The notes beneath the pieces are model-generated. The model saw only the letters and a list, made by a program, of their open reading frames with translations. It had not been told where the DNA came from and did not search any database. Made by a program: the position numbers and the translations under genes. Shown here piece after piece: positions 18,065 to 27,181 of a stretch of DNA of 37,236 nucleotides; position 1 is the first letter of the stretch; each line of letters starts with the position of its first letter. Origin of the DNA: Promethearchaeota archaeon (lineage in GTDB: Archaea > Asgardarchaeota > Lokiarchaeia > Sigyniarchaeales > SOKP01); the NCBI GenBank assembly GCA_016840085.1, contig JAEOTA010000042.1, forward strand, positions 1-37,236, read 5' to 3'.

Positions 18065-19483
18065 TTAAATGTTTTTTACATGAAAACTTCTCAATTCCTT
18101 TAAAAACACTGGATCTCCTTTCTTGACTACAATATCTTTAATTTCAATTCCCACGATCACAGCTCCTTTAGTACCAAAAGTATTTAAAACTGTTGTAAAG
18201 GGAGGTTCTAATTTCTTTCCTATAATTTTTTTAGCCCCAATGGCACTTTGAGCTAAACCTGTGCAAATTATTCCTTGAGGATGTTCTGGATTTTTAATGA
18301 AGCCCTTTTTAATCTTATATCTATAAAATAATGGAGGTTTATCATAGATTTTTAATAGATCTGCAGATCCTAAGATCCTTAAAGTGGTTGGTGGTAAATC
18401 TAGTCGACTAATAAGCAAAATAGCTTTTTTTTTTCTTATTAAAACTTTATCTTTTAATAGAATTATAGCTTTAAATCCTCTATCTTTATTAGATACTGAT
18501 TTTTGAATTCTTCTTCCATCTATTTCATCGAATGGATAAATATTGCCTGTCATAGTCAACATTCCTATGGTAATGTGAACTTGAGTGCCAAAACGAGTGT
18601 TTGGTTTAAATAAACTATTATTATTCACTTCTACACCAATTATATTGCAATATTCAAAAGCCTTTGGATTATTTGTAGCATAACAACCTCGAAATACTTT
18701 CTTAACATCTATCCCCTTAATGTTAATTCCTACTCGATCACCTGCCTTTGCGGAATCAACATTTTGATAAAAAATTTGAATACTTTTAACTCTTCCTGAA
18801 GATTTAATAGGTAAAATTTCTATGTTTTGATTTAAGCTTAATGTTCCGCTTAATATTGTTCCAGTTAAGACCGTTCCAATACCCTTAATTGGAAAATGGT
18901 GATCAACAGGTATTATAAGATCACCATCAATAATCCGTTTTATTTCTAAAGAATTTACTTTTTCTAAGATTCCTTTTTTTAATTCTTCAAATCCAACCTT
19001 GTTTTTAGCTGAAACTGCATATATTGGGACATCTGAACCAAAGGAAGTTGAATCAAAAAATTCTCTTGTTTTTTTTATTTCTTCTTCAATATTTTTTTTA
19101 AAAAGATCGATTTTATTAAGAATAACTATAATATCTTTAATTCTGAGTGATTCAACCATAATTAGATGTTCTCCAGTTTGAACTTGAGACCCTTTATTTA
19201 TATCTATGACAATTAAAGCAATATCAATAATCTCAACTGAAGACGCACTAATTTTTATTAAATCAGCATGACCGGGGCCATCTACCAAGGTAACGAGATA
19301 TTTATCAAGTAAAAAACTGGTAAATCCTAAATCAATAGTAATACCCCTTTCTTTACTTTGTGGATGGGCATCGAGACCTGCTGTTGAGATGATTTCTGAT
19401 AATACTTCAGCTATAGCTGTTTTTCCGGAGTCTATATGACCAAATAAACCGATATGCACAGGGATTTTTTTTTTAATTTGCAT
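18065..19483 (-). CDS. selB: Selenocysteine-specific elongation factor (archaeal/eEFSec type)
   Basis: GHIDSGKT, QSKERGITIDLGF, DGPGHA, QTGEH, NKID, DHHFPIKG.GTVLTGT; short C-terminal domain (FGTKG) and no bacterial winged-helix extension; near tRNA-Sec and SepSecS. Confidence 0.93.
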   Translation of the reverse strand: MQIKKKIPVHIGLFGHIDSGKTAIAEVLSEIISTAGLDAHPQSKERGITIDLGFTSFLLDKYLVTLVDGPGHADLIKISASSVEIIDIALIVIDINKGSQVQTGEHLIMVESLRIKDIIVILNKIDLFKKNIEEEIKKTREFFDSTSFGSDVPIYAVSAKNKVGFEELKKGILEKVNSLEIKRIIDGDLIIPVDHHFPIKGIGTVLTGTILSGTLSLNQNIEILPIKSSGRVKSIQIFYQNVDSAKAGDRVGINIKGIDVKKVFRGCYATNNPKAFEYCNIIGVEVNNNSLFKPNTRFGTQVHITIGMLTMTGNIYPFDEIDGRRIQKSVSNKDRGFKAIILLKDKVLIRKKKAILLISRLDLPPTTLRILGSADLLKIYDKPPLFYRYKIKKGFIKNPEHPQGIICTGLAQSAIGAKKIIGKKLEPPFTTVLNTFGTKGAVIVGIEIKDIVVKKGDPVFLKELRSFHVKNI

Positions 19484-19665
19484 CTCTTATTACTAAAAAA
19501 AATTTAAAAATAAATACATTATTATTCTTACATTCTCTCTCTTTAAAGAAATGGATATGAATACTAATAAATAATTCTTTTAAATATTGGACTCTAATAA
19601 AATTATAATCAAAGTTTTTTATTTCTTATAATAAAGAATATTATAATTTTTTAAACGTGGTGCTT

Positions 19666-20538
19666 ATGCCTAAGTTTTGTCCTTATTGTGGCAAACCAGT
19701 AAAAGAAACAGATAAATTTTGCATCATATGTGGCAAACCTCTTCTTGCTGATATTCCAAAATCAGTAAAAGAACCCGAAATTAAGGAATCTAAGACAAAG
19801 GAAGAAGAAATAAAGGTTGAGGAAAAACCTGAAGAAAAACGATTAGAAGAAGAGGAGGAAGAAATTTTTGAAGAGGAAAAGAAAGAAAAAGCAAAGAAAA
19901 AATCAAAAAAACAAAAAGAGAAAGAAGAAGTTAAACCTTTACCTGAAGAAGTAAAAGAACAAATGGTTTACTATATTGAATATAACGATATCCAGTTAAA
20001 TAAAAAAGTATTAGCAGAAAAATTAAAAGAAATTTCACAATTAACTAAGGATCCTAAATATGACTATGATACCGACTTTAAGAAGCAAGTTAATGTTAAA
20101 CTAGAAGCAATTAAAACACTTATAGAAGAATTGAAGCAAAAGGAAAGTGTTATCAAACAAAATCTAGAAGAACCTTTTATAGTTCAACGGATTTCTAATG
20201 ATATTGAAACAAAAACATTTCAATTAGAGAATTTATCACGAGAGCATAAATTACACAAAGTAGATAAAGAGACATTTGAAAGATTAAAAAAAAAATATAA
20301 ACAAGAAAAATCAGAATTAGAAAACGAAAAAAATGATCTAATAGAAGGTATGAAATTATGGATTCAGGATTTGAAATTAGAAAAGGCAGAACTTTCTAGT
20401 GAGAGAAAACTCAACAAGGGTCGATTTCATGCGAAAGAAATTTCAGAAGAAGATTTCAACAAGAATGATAAAGATTTTGACTTAAAATTTAAGAAAATTG
20501 ATACAAAAATCAAAACCTTAGAAGAATTAACAAAATAA
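19666..20538 (+). CDS. Zinc-ribbon plus long coiled-coil protein (CdvA-like coiled coil possible)
   Basis: KFCPYCG...DKFCIICG; acidic linker; two H...V/I..E.F helical units. ATG 19666 follows GTGGTG. Confidence 0.7.
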   Translation: MPKFCPYCGKPVKETDKFCIICGKPLLADIPKSVKEPEIKESKTKEEEIKVEEKPEEKRLEEEEEEIFEEEKKEKAKKKSKKQKEKEEVKPLPEEVKEQMVYYIEYNDIQLNKKVLAEKLKEISQLTKDPKYDYDTDFKKQVNVKLEAIKTLIEELKQKESVIKQNLEEPFIVQRISNDIETKTFQLENLSREHKLHKVDKETFERLKKKYKQEKSELENEKNDLIEGMKLWIQDLKLEKAELSSERKLNKGRFHAKEISEEDFNKNDKDFDLKFKKIDTKIKTLEELTK

Positions 20539-20585
20539 AATTGAAAAAATATATTTATCACATTATATTTTAATACTCTATACCT

Positions 20586-20711
20586 ATGAGAAATAAAATA
20601 ATCGCAATAATTATTCTACTTATCGCAATATCTCTTTTGACAGTTGGTCTAATTCAAGGTCAACAGATTTTAATCGATCAATTTTATGAACAAATGGTAG
20701 TTATTCCTTAA
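20586..20711 (+). CDS. 41-aa small membrane protein
   Basis: Read manually: MRNKIIAIIILLIAISLLTVGLIQGQQILIDQFYEQMVVIP*; its stop overlaps the convergent gene's stop. Confidence 0.55.
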   Translation: MRNKIIAIIILLIAISLLTVGLIQGQQILIDQFYEQMVVIP

Positions 20712-21016
20712 ATCTCCCATTTTCCTTTTTTTATAGCAAGGGTGTTATCTAGAAAGCCCTTTTTTTGAAAAGTCTTCTCTTGTGCCTTTCTAAATTTATT
20801 AGATTGATTGTAGTGAGTTTTGCAAAGATAAACTCTATGGTTTGAGCTTTCTTTATATTTTAAGCCAGTTTTTTCGATATAAATTTTCCAAGCATTTTCT
20901 GAAAGAGAACGAATAGCATTTTCATTACAATTTTTTATTGAACATTTTCTTACCTTAGAAGATCTAACTAAATCTTTTTTATCTCTAATTTCTTTCGGAA
21001 GTTTCATGATAAACAC
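20708..21016 (-). CDS. Small archaeal zinc-finger protein (C-x4-C...C-x2-H)
   Basis: KCSIKNCNENAIRSLS...RVYLCKTHY; ATG 21007 is an alternative start. Confidence 0.7.
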   Translation of the reverse strand: MFIMKLPKEIRDKKDLVRSSKVRKCSIKNCNENAIRSLSENAWKIYIEKTGLKYKESSNHRVYLCKTHYNQSNKFRKAQEKTFQKKGFLDNTLAIKKGKWEI

Positions 21017-21090
21017 TTGCTAAAAACTTTTTTAGAATAGAATATTATGATTTGTAAATAACTAATGGCTTAAAATTTTTGCTATACCTT

Positions 21091-21801
21091 ATGGATACAA
21101 AAGAATTAATTTTTAATGAAAGTCTAATAAGGCAGAAAATTTACTCATATAATTCTCCTTTGAGACTTACTTTAGAAGATGATTTTTTTACAAAGGCAGC
21201 AGTTATTTTTTCAATTATTCCCTATGAATATAAACCTTATGAACTTATTTTAATTCATCGTTCAGATAAAGGTATAAGACATAGGGGTGAAATGTCGTTT
21301 CCGGGAGGAAAATTTGAGCCTCAGTTTGATAAATCCTTAAGAGATACTGCTTTAAGAGAAACAGAAGAGGAAATAGGTGTCCCTCGGAAACAAGTTAAAA
21401 TTATTGGGTGTTTGGACGATTTTCCTACAATAACGCAATATATTATTACTCCTTTTATAGGGATTATTGATAAAAATCAAACTTTAATAAGAGATGAAAG
21501 AGAGGTTCAAAGAATTTTGAAAATCCCTATTAATTTTTTTACTAGTAAATCGAATTTCAGAGAACAACCTATTGATATTGAAGACAAGAAATTTCCTGTT
21601 TTTTACTATAATTACATTGATCGTGAAAATGGACAAAAATATACTGTTTGGGGTGCAACAGCATATATGATATCAACTTTCATTGAAAAAATTTATGGTT
21701 TCACTATTTCTAATTTAGGATTAGAACGATTTAAACTTGATAAAATTAAAGATATTAAGGAATATATTAAATATAGAAACGAGATTACCAGTAATTTTTA
21801 A
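21091..21801 (+). CDS. Nudix hydrolase, CoA pyrophosphatase (NudL/Pcd1) family
   Basis: AAV, R....RHRGEMSFPGGK, TALRETEEEIG, ITPF.G, VWGATA. Confidence 0.92.
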   Translation: MDTKELIFNESLIRQKIYSYNSPLRLTLEDDFFTKAAVIFSIIPYEYKPYELILIHRSDKGIRHRGEMSFPGGKFEPQFDKSLRDTALRETEEEIGVPRKQVKIIGCLDDFPTITQYIITPFIGIIDKNQTLIRDEREVQRILKIPINFFTSKSNFREQPIDIEDKKFPVFYYNYIDRENGQKYTVWGATAYMISTFIEKIYGFTISNLGLERFKLDKIKDIKEYIKYRNEITSNF

Positions 21802-21825
21802 AAATCTAAATTATAGAGAAGAATT

Positions 21826-22494
21826 ATGGATTTTAATTTTGATAAAAATCATATTCAAAACAAATTAAAAGACTACCATTCAAAAGATCGATTAACATGG
21901 CACCATGAGGATTTTATTAATGCCGCCGTTGTATTTCTAATAATTCCTTATGAAAATAGACCATATGATCTAGTATTAATCAAGCGTACAAAAAGGGAAA
22001 ATGATAAGCATTCAGGAGAAATGTCTTTTCCTGGGGGTAAATTTGATTATATACTAGATAAAAATTATTTGGATACAGCACTAAGAGAACTAAACGAAGA
22101 ATTAGGGATCCCACATTCAGAAGTCCAAATTTTAGGTTGTATTGATGATCATCTTACTCCTAAAGGATTTATTATAACACCATTCGTAGCCTATATAAAT
22201 GAAAACCAGAAATTGATTAAACAAGACGCAGAAGTTCATGAAATAGTGAAAATACCAGTAAATTTTTTTGCTAATAAGAAGAATTACAGTGAAAAAATCT
22301 TTATTGTTAAAGATGAGTTTATCGCTCTTGGAAGATATGAATATTTCTCCCCTAAAAATAAGAAATACGTCGTATTTGGGGCAACAGCACATATAATCCA
22401 TAATTTCATAGAAAGAGTATATAAAATTGGATTAATGAAACCAAGAGTAAGAAGAGCAACTATTGATGATCTTAAAGATAAGATTGTCAAATAG
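21826..22494 (+). CDS. Nudix hydrolase, CoA pyrophosphatase family (tandem paralog)
   Basis: HSGEMSFPGGK, TALRELNEELG, ITPFV, VFGATA. Confidence 0.92.
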   Translation: MDFNFDKNHIQNKLKDYHSKDRLTWHHEDFINAAVVFLIIPYENRPYDLVLIKRTKRENDKHSGEMSFPGGKFDYILDKNYLDTALRELNEELGIPHSEVQILGCIDDHLTPKGFIITPFVAYINENQKLIKQDAEVHEIVKIPVNFFANKKNYSEKIFIVKDEFIALGRYEYFSPKNKKYVVFGATAHIIHNFIERVYKIGLMKPRVRRATIDDLKDKIVK

Positions 22495-22499
22495 TTTTC

Positions 22500-22652
22500 C
22501 TACTTTATCTTTTCCAATTTTGTGCGATATTCTGGACAAGTTTTACATTCTGGAATTCTACATAAAAATTGAATTTTAGGAAGGTAGCAATATTGATAAA
22601 AGGGACATTCAGTTAGATTTAACACAATCGTGAGATCTGTATCACTACTCAT
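22500..22652 (-). CDS. 50-aa cysteine-rich small protein
   Basis: Read manually: MSSDTDLTIVLNLTECPFYQYCYLPKIQFLCRIPECKTCPEYRTKLEKIK*. Confidence 0.6.
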   Translation of the reverse strand: MSSDTDLTIVLNLTECPFYQYCYLPKIQFLCRIPECKTCPEYRTKLEKIK

Positions 22653-22910
22653 ATCATTTTCCTATTATTTAATTTTTTAAAAAAAAATAACAATTATATA
22701 TTAATAAAGAGAAAAACAGTGAAAATTTTGTAATTTATTAGTTAAATTACTTCTATTTTAAAGCTGATATTTTATTAAACCTTATAATATAAACACAATA
22801 AAGTTAATAATAATTTAGAGTAACCTTTTAAGTCAAATTAAAGAATAAAATTCAATTACCATCCTATATTTTTTACACTAAAAATACTTATTAGGATAAC
22901 GAAGTGTAAT

Positions 22911-24128
22911 ATGAAGTACAGAAAAATGGGTTCACTTGATGGGGAGGTTTCTGCTCTCGGTTTTGGAGCAATGAGATTGCCTATGAACCAAATGATGCAA
23001 GTTAATGAAGAAGAAGCAATTAAAATGATTCGCTACGCAATTGACAATGGAGTAAATTATGTTGATACTGCTTATCCTTATCATAATGGTGAAAGCGAGG
23101 TTATAGTTGGAAAAGCCTTAAAAGAGGGATATCGGGAAAAAGTATACCTTGCAACAAAATCGCCAGTATGGATGGTTAAAAAGGCAGAAGATTTTGATAA
23201 ATTTCTTAATGAACAAATTGAACGATTACAAACTAAACCAGATATTTATTTATTTCATGGATTGAATAGGAATCGACTTGAGAAAATTAAAAATCTAAAT
23301 TTGATTGAAAAAATGGAAGAAGCTAAAGCTAAGGGATTAATAAAATACATCGGCTTTTCTTTTCATGATAATTTTGAAGTTTTTAAAGAGATTATCGATT
23401 TCTATAATTGGGATTGCTGTCAGATTCAATATAATTATCTTGATATTGAATATCAAGCAGGAACCAAAGGTGTACAATATGCTGCCAGTAAGGGTATTGC
23501 TTTGATAATAATGGAACCAATTCGAGGTGGAAAGTTAGCTATTCCTAAACAAGTATTGAATAGAAAACCTGAAATTAAAGAAGTTCTTAATAGGTCAAAT
23601 GTGAAAAGAAGTATGCCTGATTGGGCTCTACAATTCGTTTGGAACCATCCAGAAGTTTCAATAGTATTAAGTGGAATGAGCTCTATGCAACAAGTTATAG
23701 AAAATGTAGAATCCGCAAATAATTCGGGAATTAAATCCCTTTCAAAGGAAGAATTACAAACACTCTCGGCATTGCGTGAAGCATATAAAAAATATACAAT
23801 TGTACCTTGTACGAGCTGCGGTTATTGCCTACCATGCCCAAATGGGGTTGCTATTCCTGGAATTCTTAGATTTGTAAATGAAATCTACTACTGGGGTGAT
23901 AGAGGGAGAATGAGAATTGCCTTTTTTTATAATAGAATGGCAAAGACTGAAGAAGACTTTGAAAATAGGAAAGCACAGGGAGAGGAAGTTGAAGGGGCAG
24001 CTGCTTTATGCATTCAATGTGGAGAGTGCCTTGAAAAATGTCCGCAACAAATTGATATTCCCTCTTTTATGGAAAAAGCTAGTGCCTTATTTGAAGAGGG
24101 TAAAAAAGTTTCAGAAGTACTTGATTAA
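22911..24128 (+). CDS. Aldo/keto reductase with C-terminal 4Fe-4S dicluster domain
   Basis: VSALGFGAMRLP, GVNYVDTAYPYH.G.SE, IGFSFHD, MEPIRGG, CTSCGYCLPCP, CIQCGECLEKCPQ. Confidence 0.95.
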   Translation: MKYRKMGSLDGEVSALGFGAMRLPMNQMMQVNEEEAIKMIRYAIDNGVNYVDTAYPYHNGESEVIVGKALKEGYREKVYLATKSPVWMVKKAEDFDKFLNEQIERLQTKPDIYLFHGLNRNRLEKIKNLNLIEKMEEAKAKGLIKYIGFSFHDNFEVFKEIIDFYNWDCCQIQYNYLDIEYQAGTKGVQYAASKGIALIIMEPIRGGKLAIPKQVLNRKPEIKEVLNRSNVKRSMPDWALQFVWNHPEVSIVLSGMSSMQQVIENVESANNSGIKSLSKEELQTLSALREAYKKYTIVPCTSCGYCLPCPNGVAIPGILRFVNEIYYWGDRGRMRIAFFYNRMAKTEEDFENRKAQGEEVEGAAALCIQCGECLEKCPQQIDIPSFMEKASALFEEGKKVSEVLD

Positions 24129-24373
24129 TAATTATTTTAATTTTTTAGATAATATACAAAATAAGTTATATGAAGATAAAGGGAATTATAATTTATATTT
24201 AGGAGCAAAGTTATTTAATAAAATACTTGAGAATTATAGTAATAGCTTGGAAAAAAAAAGAGTTAGACTACATACGCGTGATATATGAATATCTAGAATT
24301 TTTAAAATAAAACCACAAATTTCATTTATAAATATAAATAGATTTCAATTAATAGATATTAATTTAATAATTT

Positions 24374-24530
24374 GGCCCTTGACGGTCGGAATTGTTTTGA
24401 GATCATATCGATCTCCAACGATAAGTGGTCTCTGACGCTGGGCTTCAAACCCAGTTATCCTGCGGAGGGATAGGAGTTCGATAATGGTTAGATATTGTCT
24501 GATCTTCGAAATTCTCCTCGAGGGCCGCCA
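24374..24530 (+). tRNA. selC: tRNA-Sec (UCA), 9/4 fold, with two BHB introns (24391-24424 and 24483-24512)
   Basis: Acceptor GGCCCTTGA/TCGAGGGCC (9 bp) + G73 + CCA; anticodon arm GCTGGG-CT TCA AA-CCCAGT; long variable arm; 4-bp T-stem GGAG/CTCC; D-arm GTCGGAG-TGGT-CTCTGAC after splicing. Confidence 0.93.
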
Positions 24531-24862
24531 ATATTATTTTCTATTCCAAAAAATTTTACCCTTTTTTTCCACCTGATAAATTTTACCTGATTCTTGTAAA
24601 TGTATGATCCATAGAAAAGAATTACAGTTCGGAAATCTTGCACCATTATCCCCATCAATCATAAAAAGATTCTCAAAATTGCCAATTCGATGAATCGAAA
24701 TTGTGTTGTCCCTCTTAATGGGATGTTTATATTAATAATTTTGCTAATAAATACAAATTGCATCTGTAAAAAATTAACCAAAGAATTATTTGATAAAATG
24801 CTTTATTTATTTTATTACTAAGTATGAATATTAATTGAAATAAGAAGTTATAGTGATATTGA

Positions 24863-26230
24863 GTGGTTGATTTTAGCAAAATAAGCGATTTTTTTAATAA
24901 TTCTGCAATACCTCAAAATATGCTAAATAGAGGGCAATTAGTACTCAATAATTTCATAAAACCAATAAAAACATTGTTTGAACAAAGGAATGTTCCAAAA
25001 AAACCATGGAGTGATGATCAAATCGAATTTTTACTAAAAACACTTTCGAATATGGATACTGATAAAGACAGTGATGCGGCAAGAGTGGGAGAAAGAGAGG
25101 CAAGAATAGTTTCGAAATTACATCTACAAACTTCCGCAGGGTTTTGCCATGGAATAGGGAGAAGTGGGTTTTTAACGGCTCCACAACCTAAAGCACCTGG
25201 AGGATCAATAATGTACGAAATTTCTAATTATTTAGCAAGAGATATATTAAGAAATTGCGGATTACCAAACATAAAAGAAGCAATTATTGTTCCATTATGC
25301 ACAGGTATGTCTTTATCCTTATCCTTGGGCGCTTTAAGACCAGAATGGAAAAATAATGGTTCAAATATGAGGAGAACTGTTTTGGTTCCTCAAATTGACC
25401 ATAAATCGCTTTTAAAATCAATTGAACTAATGGGACTTAGAACTAAAATTATTAAAGGTAAAATTTTTGGAGATGCTGTTAGAATTCCATTTGAAGACAT
25501 CGAAGCTAATCTTGATAAAGATTGTTATGCTATTGTATCAATAACAAGTTTTTTTCCACCTAGGGAACCGGATAATATCAAAGAAATCAGCAAATTAGCA
25601 AAAGAAAAGGATTTGGTTCATATAGTCATCAATGCTTATGGTGTTCAAAGCCCTGAATGGATGAAATTGATTCGTTCTGCAATAGATGCGGGCAGAATTG
25701 ATGCGATAATTCAGTCAACTGATAAAAATTTTCTTACTCCTGTTGGTGGTGCCTTGATTGCTTCTCCTTTCAAGGAAAATATTACTAAAATCAGTCAAGC
25801 TTACGCGGGGAGAGCTTCGGCTACTCCAGTTGTAAATTTTTTAATTTCTATGCTCTCTATTGGAATTGATGGTTATCATAAAATGATTGAAGAACAAAAA
25901 CAAAATCGAAAACTTTTGGAAGAAAAAATAACTGAGGTTGCCCAAAAGATTAATGAGAGAGTACTTAAAATTTACAATCCTGTAGCAGTAGCATTATCTT
26001 TGGAAAATTTAGAAGAAGAACAATTGTTTGCTCTTGGTGGAGCATTATATAATTTACGAGTTACTGGTCCTCGAGTCTATAATCCCAAAGAAAAAGCGTT
26101 TGGTACATGTTGTGAAAATTATCATACTCCATACATAGTAATGAATGCTGCAATAGGCTCAAAAACAAAAGATATTACTTCTGCTGTAGAAAGATTTGAA
26201 AAAGCTTATTTTCAAATTACTCAAAAGTAG
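24863..26230 (+). CDS. spcS: O-phosphoseryl-tRNA(Sec) selenium transferase (SepSecS)
   Basis: MDTD, GEREAR, HGIGRSG.L.APQPKAPG.S, P..TGM, DHKS, NAYG, QSTDKNFL.PVGG, Y.GRAS, V.G.R, AAIG. Confidence 0.96.
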   Translation: MVDFSKISDFFNNSAIPQNMLNRGQLVLNNFIKPIKTLFEQRNVPKKPWSDDQIEFLLKTLSNMDTDKDSDAARVGEREARIVSKLHLQTSAGFCHGIGRSGFLTAPQPKAPGGSIMYEISNYLARDILRNCGLPNIKEAIIVPLCTGMSLSLSLGALRPEWKNNGSNMRRTVLVPQIDHKSLLKSIELMGLRTKIIKGKIFGDAVRIPFEDIEANLDKDCYAIVSITSFFPPREPDNIKEISKLAKEKDLVHIVINAYGVQSPEWMKLIRSAIDAGRIDAIIQSTDKNFLTPVGGALIASPFKENITKISQAYAGRASATPVVNFLISMLSIGIDGYHKMIEEQKQNRKLLEEKITEVAQKINERVLKIYNPVAVALSLENLEEEQLFALGGALYNLRVTGPRVYNPKEKAFGTCCENYHTPYIVMNAAIGSKTKDITSAVERFEKAYFQITQK

Positions 26231-26351
26231 AGATCCTTAACAAATTTAAATTTTCTATTTAATCAGAAATAAAAATAATTAAAAACTAGAAGAACTATAT
26301 TTTAATAAAATTTATTCCAACTTTACTTTAACAAAAAATAAGGGAGTATTT

Positions 26352-27032
26352 ATGGAAAATCGACTTTTAAATCAGTTTAATAACGTAATTTCTTCTCAAT
26401 GGCAATTCAAGCAAATAGAAGAACAATATGAGCCCTTAATCCCTCGAGAATTATTTGAATTAGCCTATCATACATGTAATAGCATAGCTATGAGAAATAT
26501 TTATATAAAACAGTCTTCAAGTGAAGATCAAGGTGGTTCTAAAGTTATACTATATTCAAATACAAAAAAATTTATTGCAATAGAAACCTTAGACACTTCT
26601 TTAAAAATAACTAAATACTATGGTGAAGGAAGTACAGGGGATAAGTTAATATCTGAAATTCAACCAATTTTTAAAGAAAGAAAAAAAAATTTTGCTGCTA
26701 AAGAGCCTGATATTAAAACACAGATATTAAAATGCATTTTGGTGGAAAGAAAACTTGATGAATGCGTAAATTTAGTAATGTTAAAAGGTAATAATCGAAA
26801 AATATATTTTGCTATTGGGGATGCTCGAGAGTCGGCTGCTGTTGTTCCAATATTCATGGACGCTGAAGGTGCAAGTTTAGTACAATTAGCATTAAATAAA
26901 TGGATGGAAGCAGCTCAAAGGTTGAACCATGAACAAAATTTCCCTGAAAATATTACTCCCGGAATTCTTAAAAACCTAACCCAAATTAAAAGATGGCTTC
27001 TTGATTTAATTAGTACTAATTTGGATAAATAG
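26352..27032 (+). CDS. Hypothetical protein (226 aa)
   Basis: Intact ORF with GGGAG SD; no family recognised. Confidence 0.75.
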   Translation: MENRLLNQFNNVISSQWQFKQIEEQYEPLIPRELFELAYHTCNSIAMRNIYIKQSSSEDQGGSKVILYSNTKKFIAIETLDTSLKITKYYGEGSTGDKLISEIQPIFKERKKNFAAKEPDIKTQILKCILVERKLDECVNLVMLKGNNRKIYFAIGDARESAAVVPIFMDAEGASLVQLALNKWMEAAQRLNHEQNFPENITPGILKNLTQIKRWLLDLISTNLDK

Positions 27033-27181
27033 CAAAATATTTTCTTATTTTTTAATAACTTATAAGTTATCTCAAAATATTACTTTGAGATATATTGAGA
27101 TTATCTAAAGATATATATCAAAAAACGTGAAATAGATGTTTCACGAAGTGTATATTATAGAATTGAAGTAAATAAATAAAA

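Noticed and set aside
23917-24288. 123-aa ORF overlapping the reductase 3' end
   Set aside because: Alternative frame running into AT-rich intergenic DNA; the reductase is complete without it.
27068-27092. TATCTCAAA-N7-TTTGAGATA inverted repeat
   Set aside because: Short and AT-rich between convergent genes; may be a terminator but could be chance.
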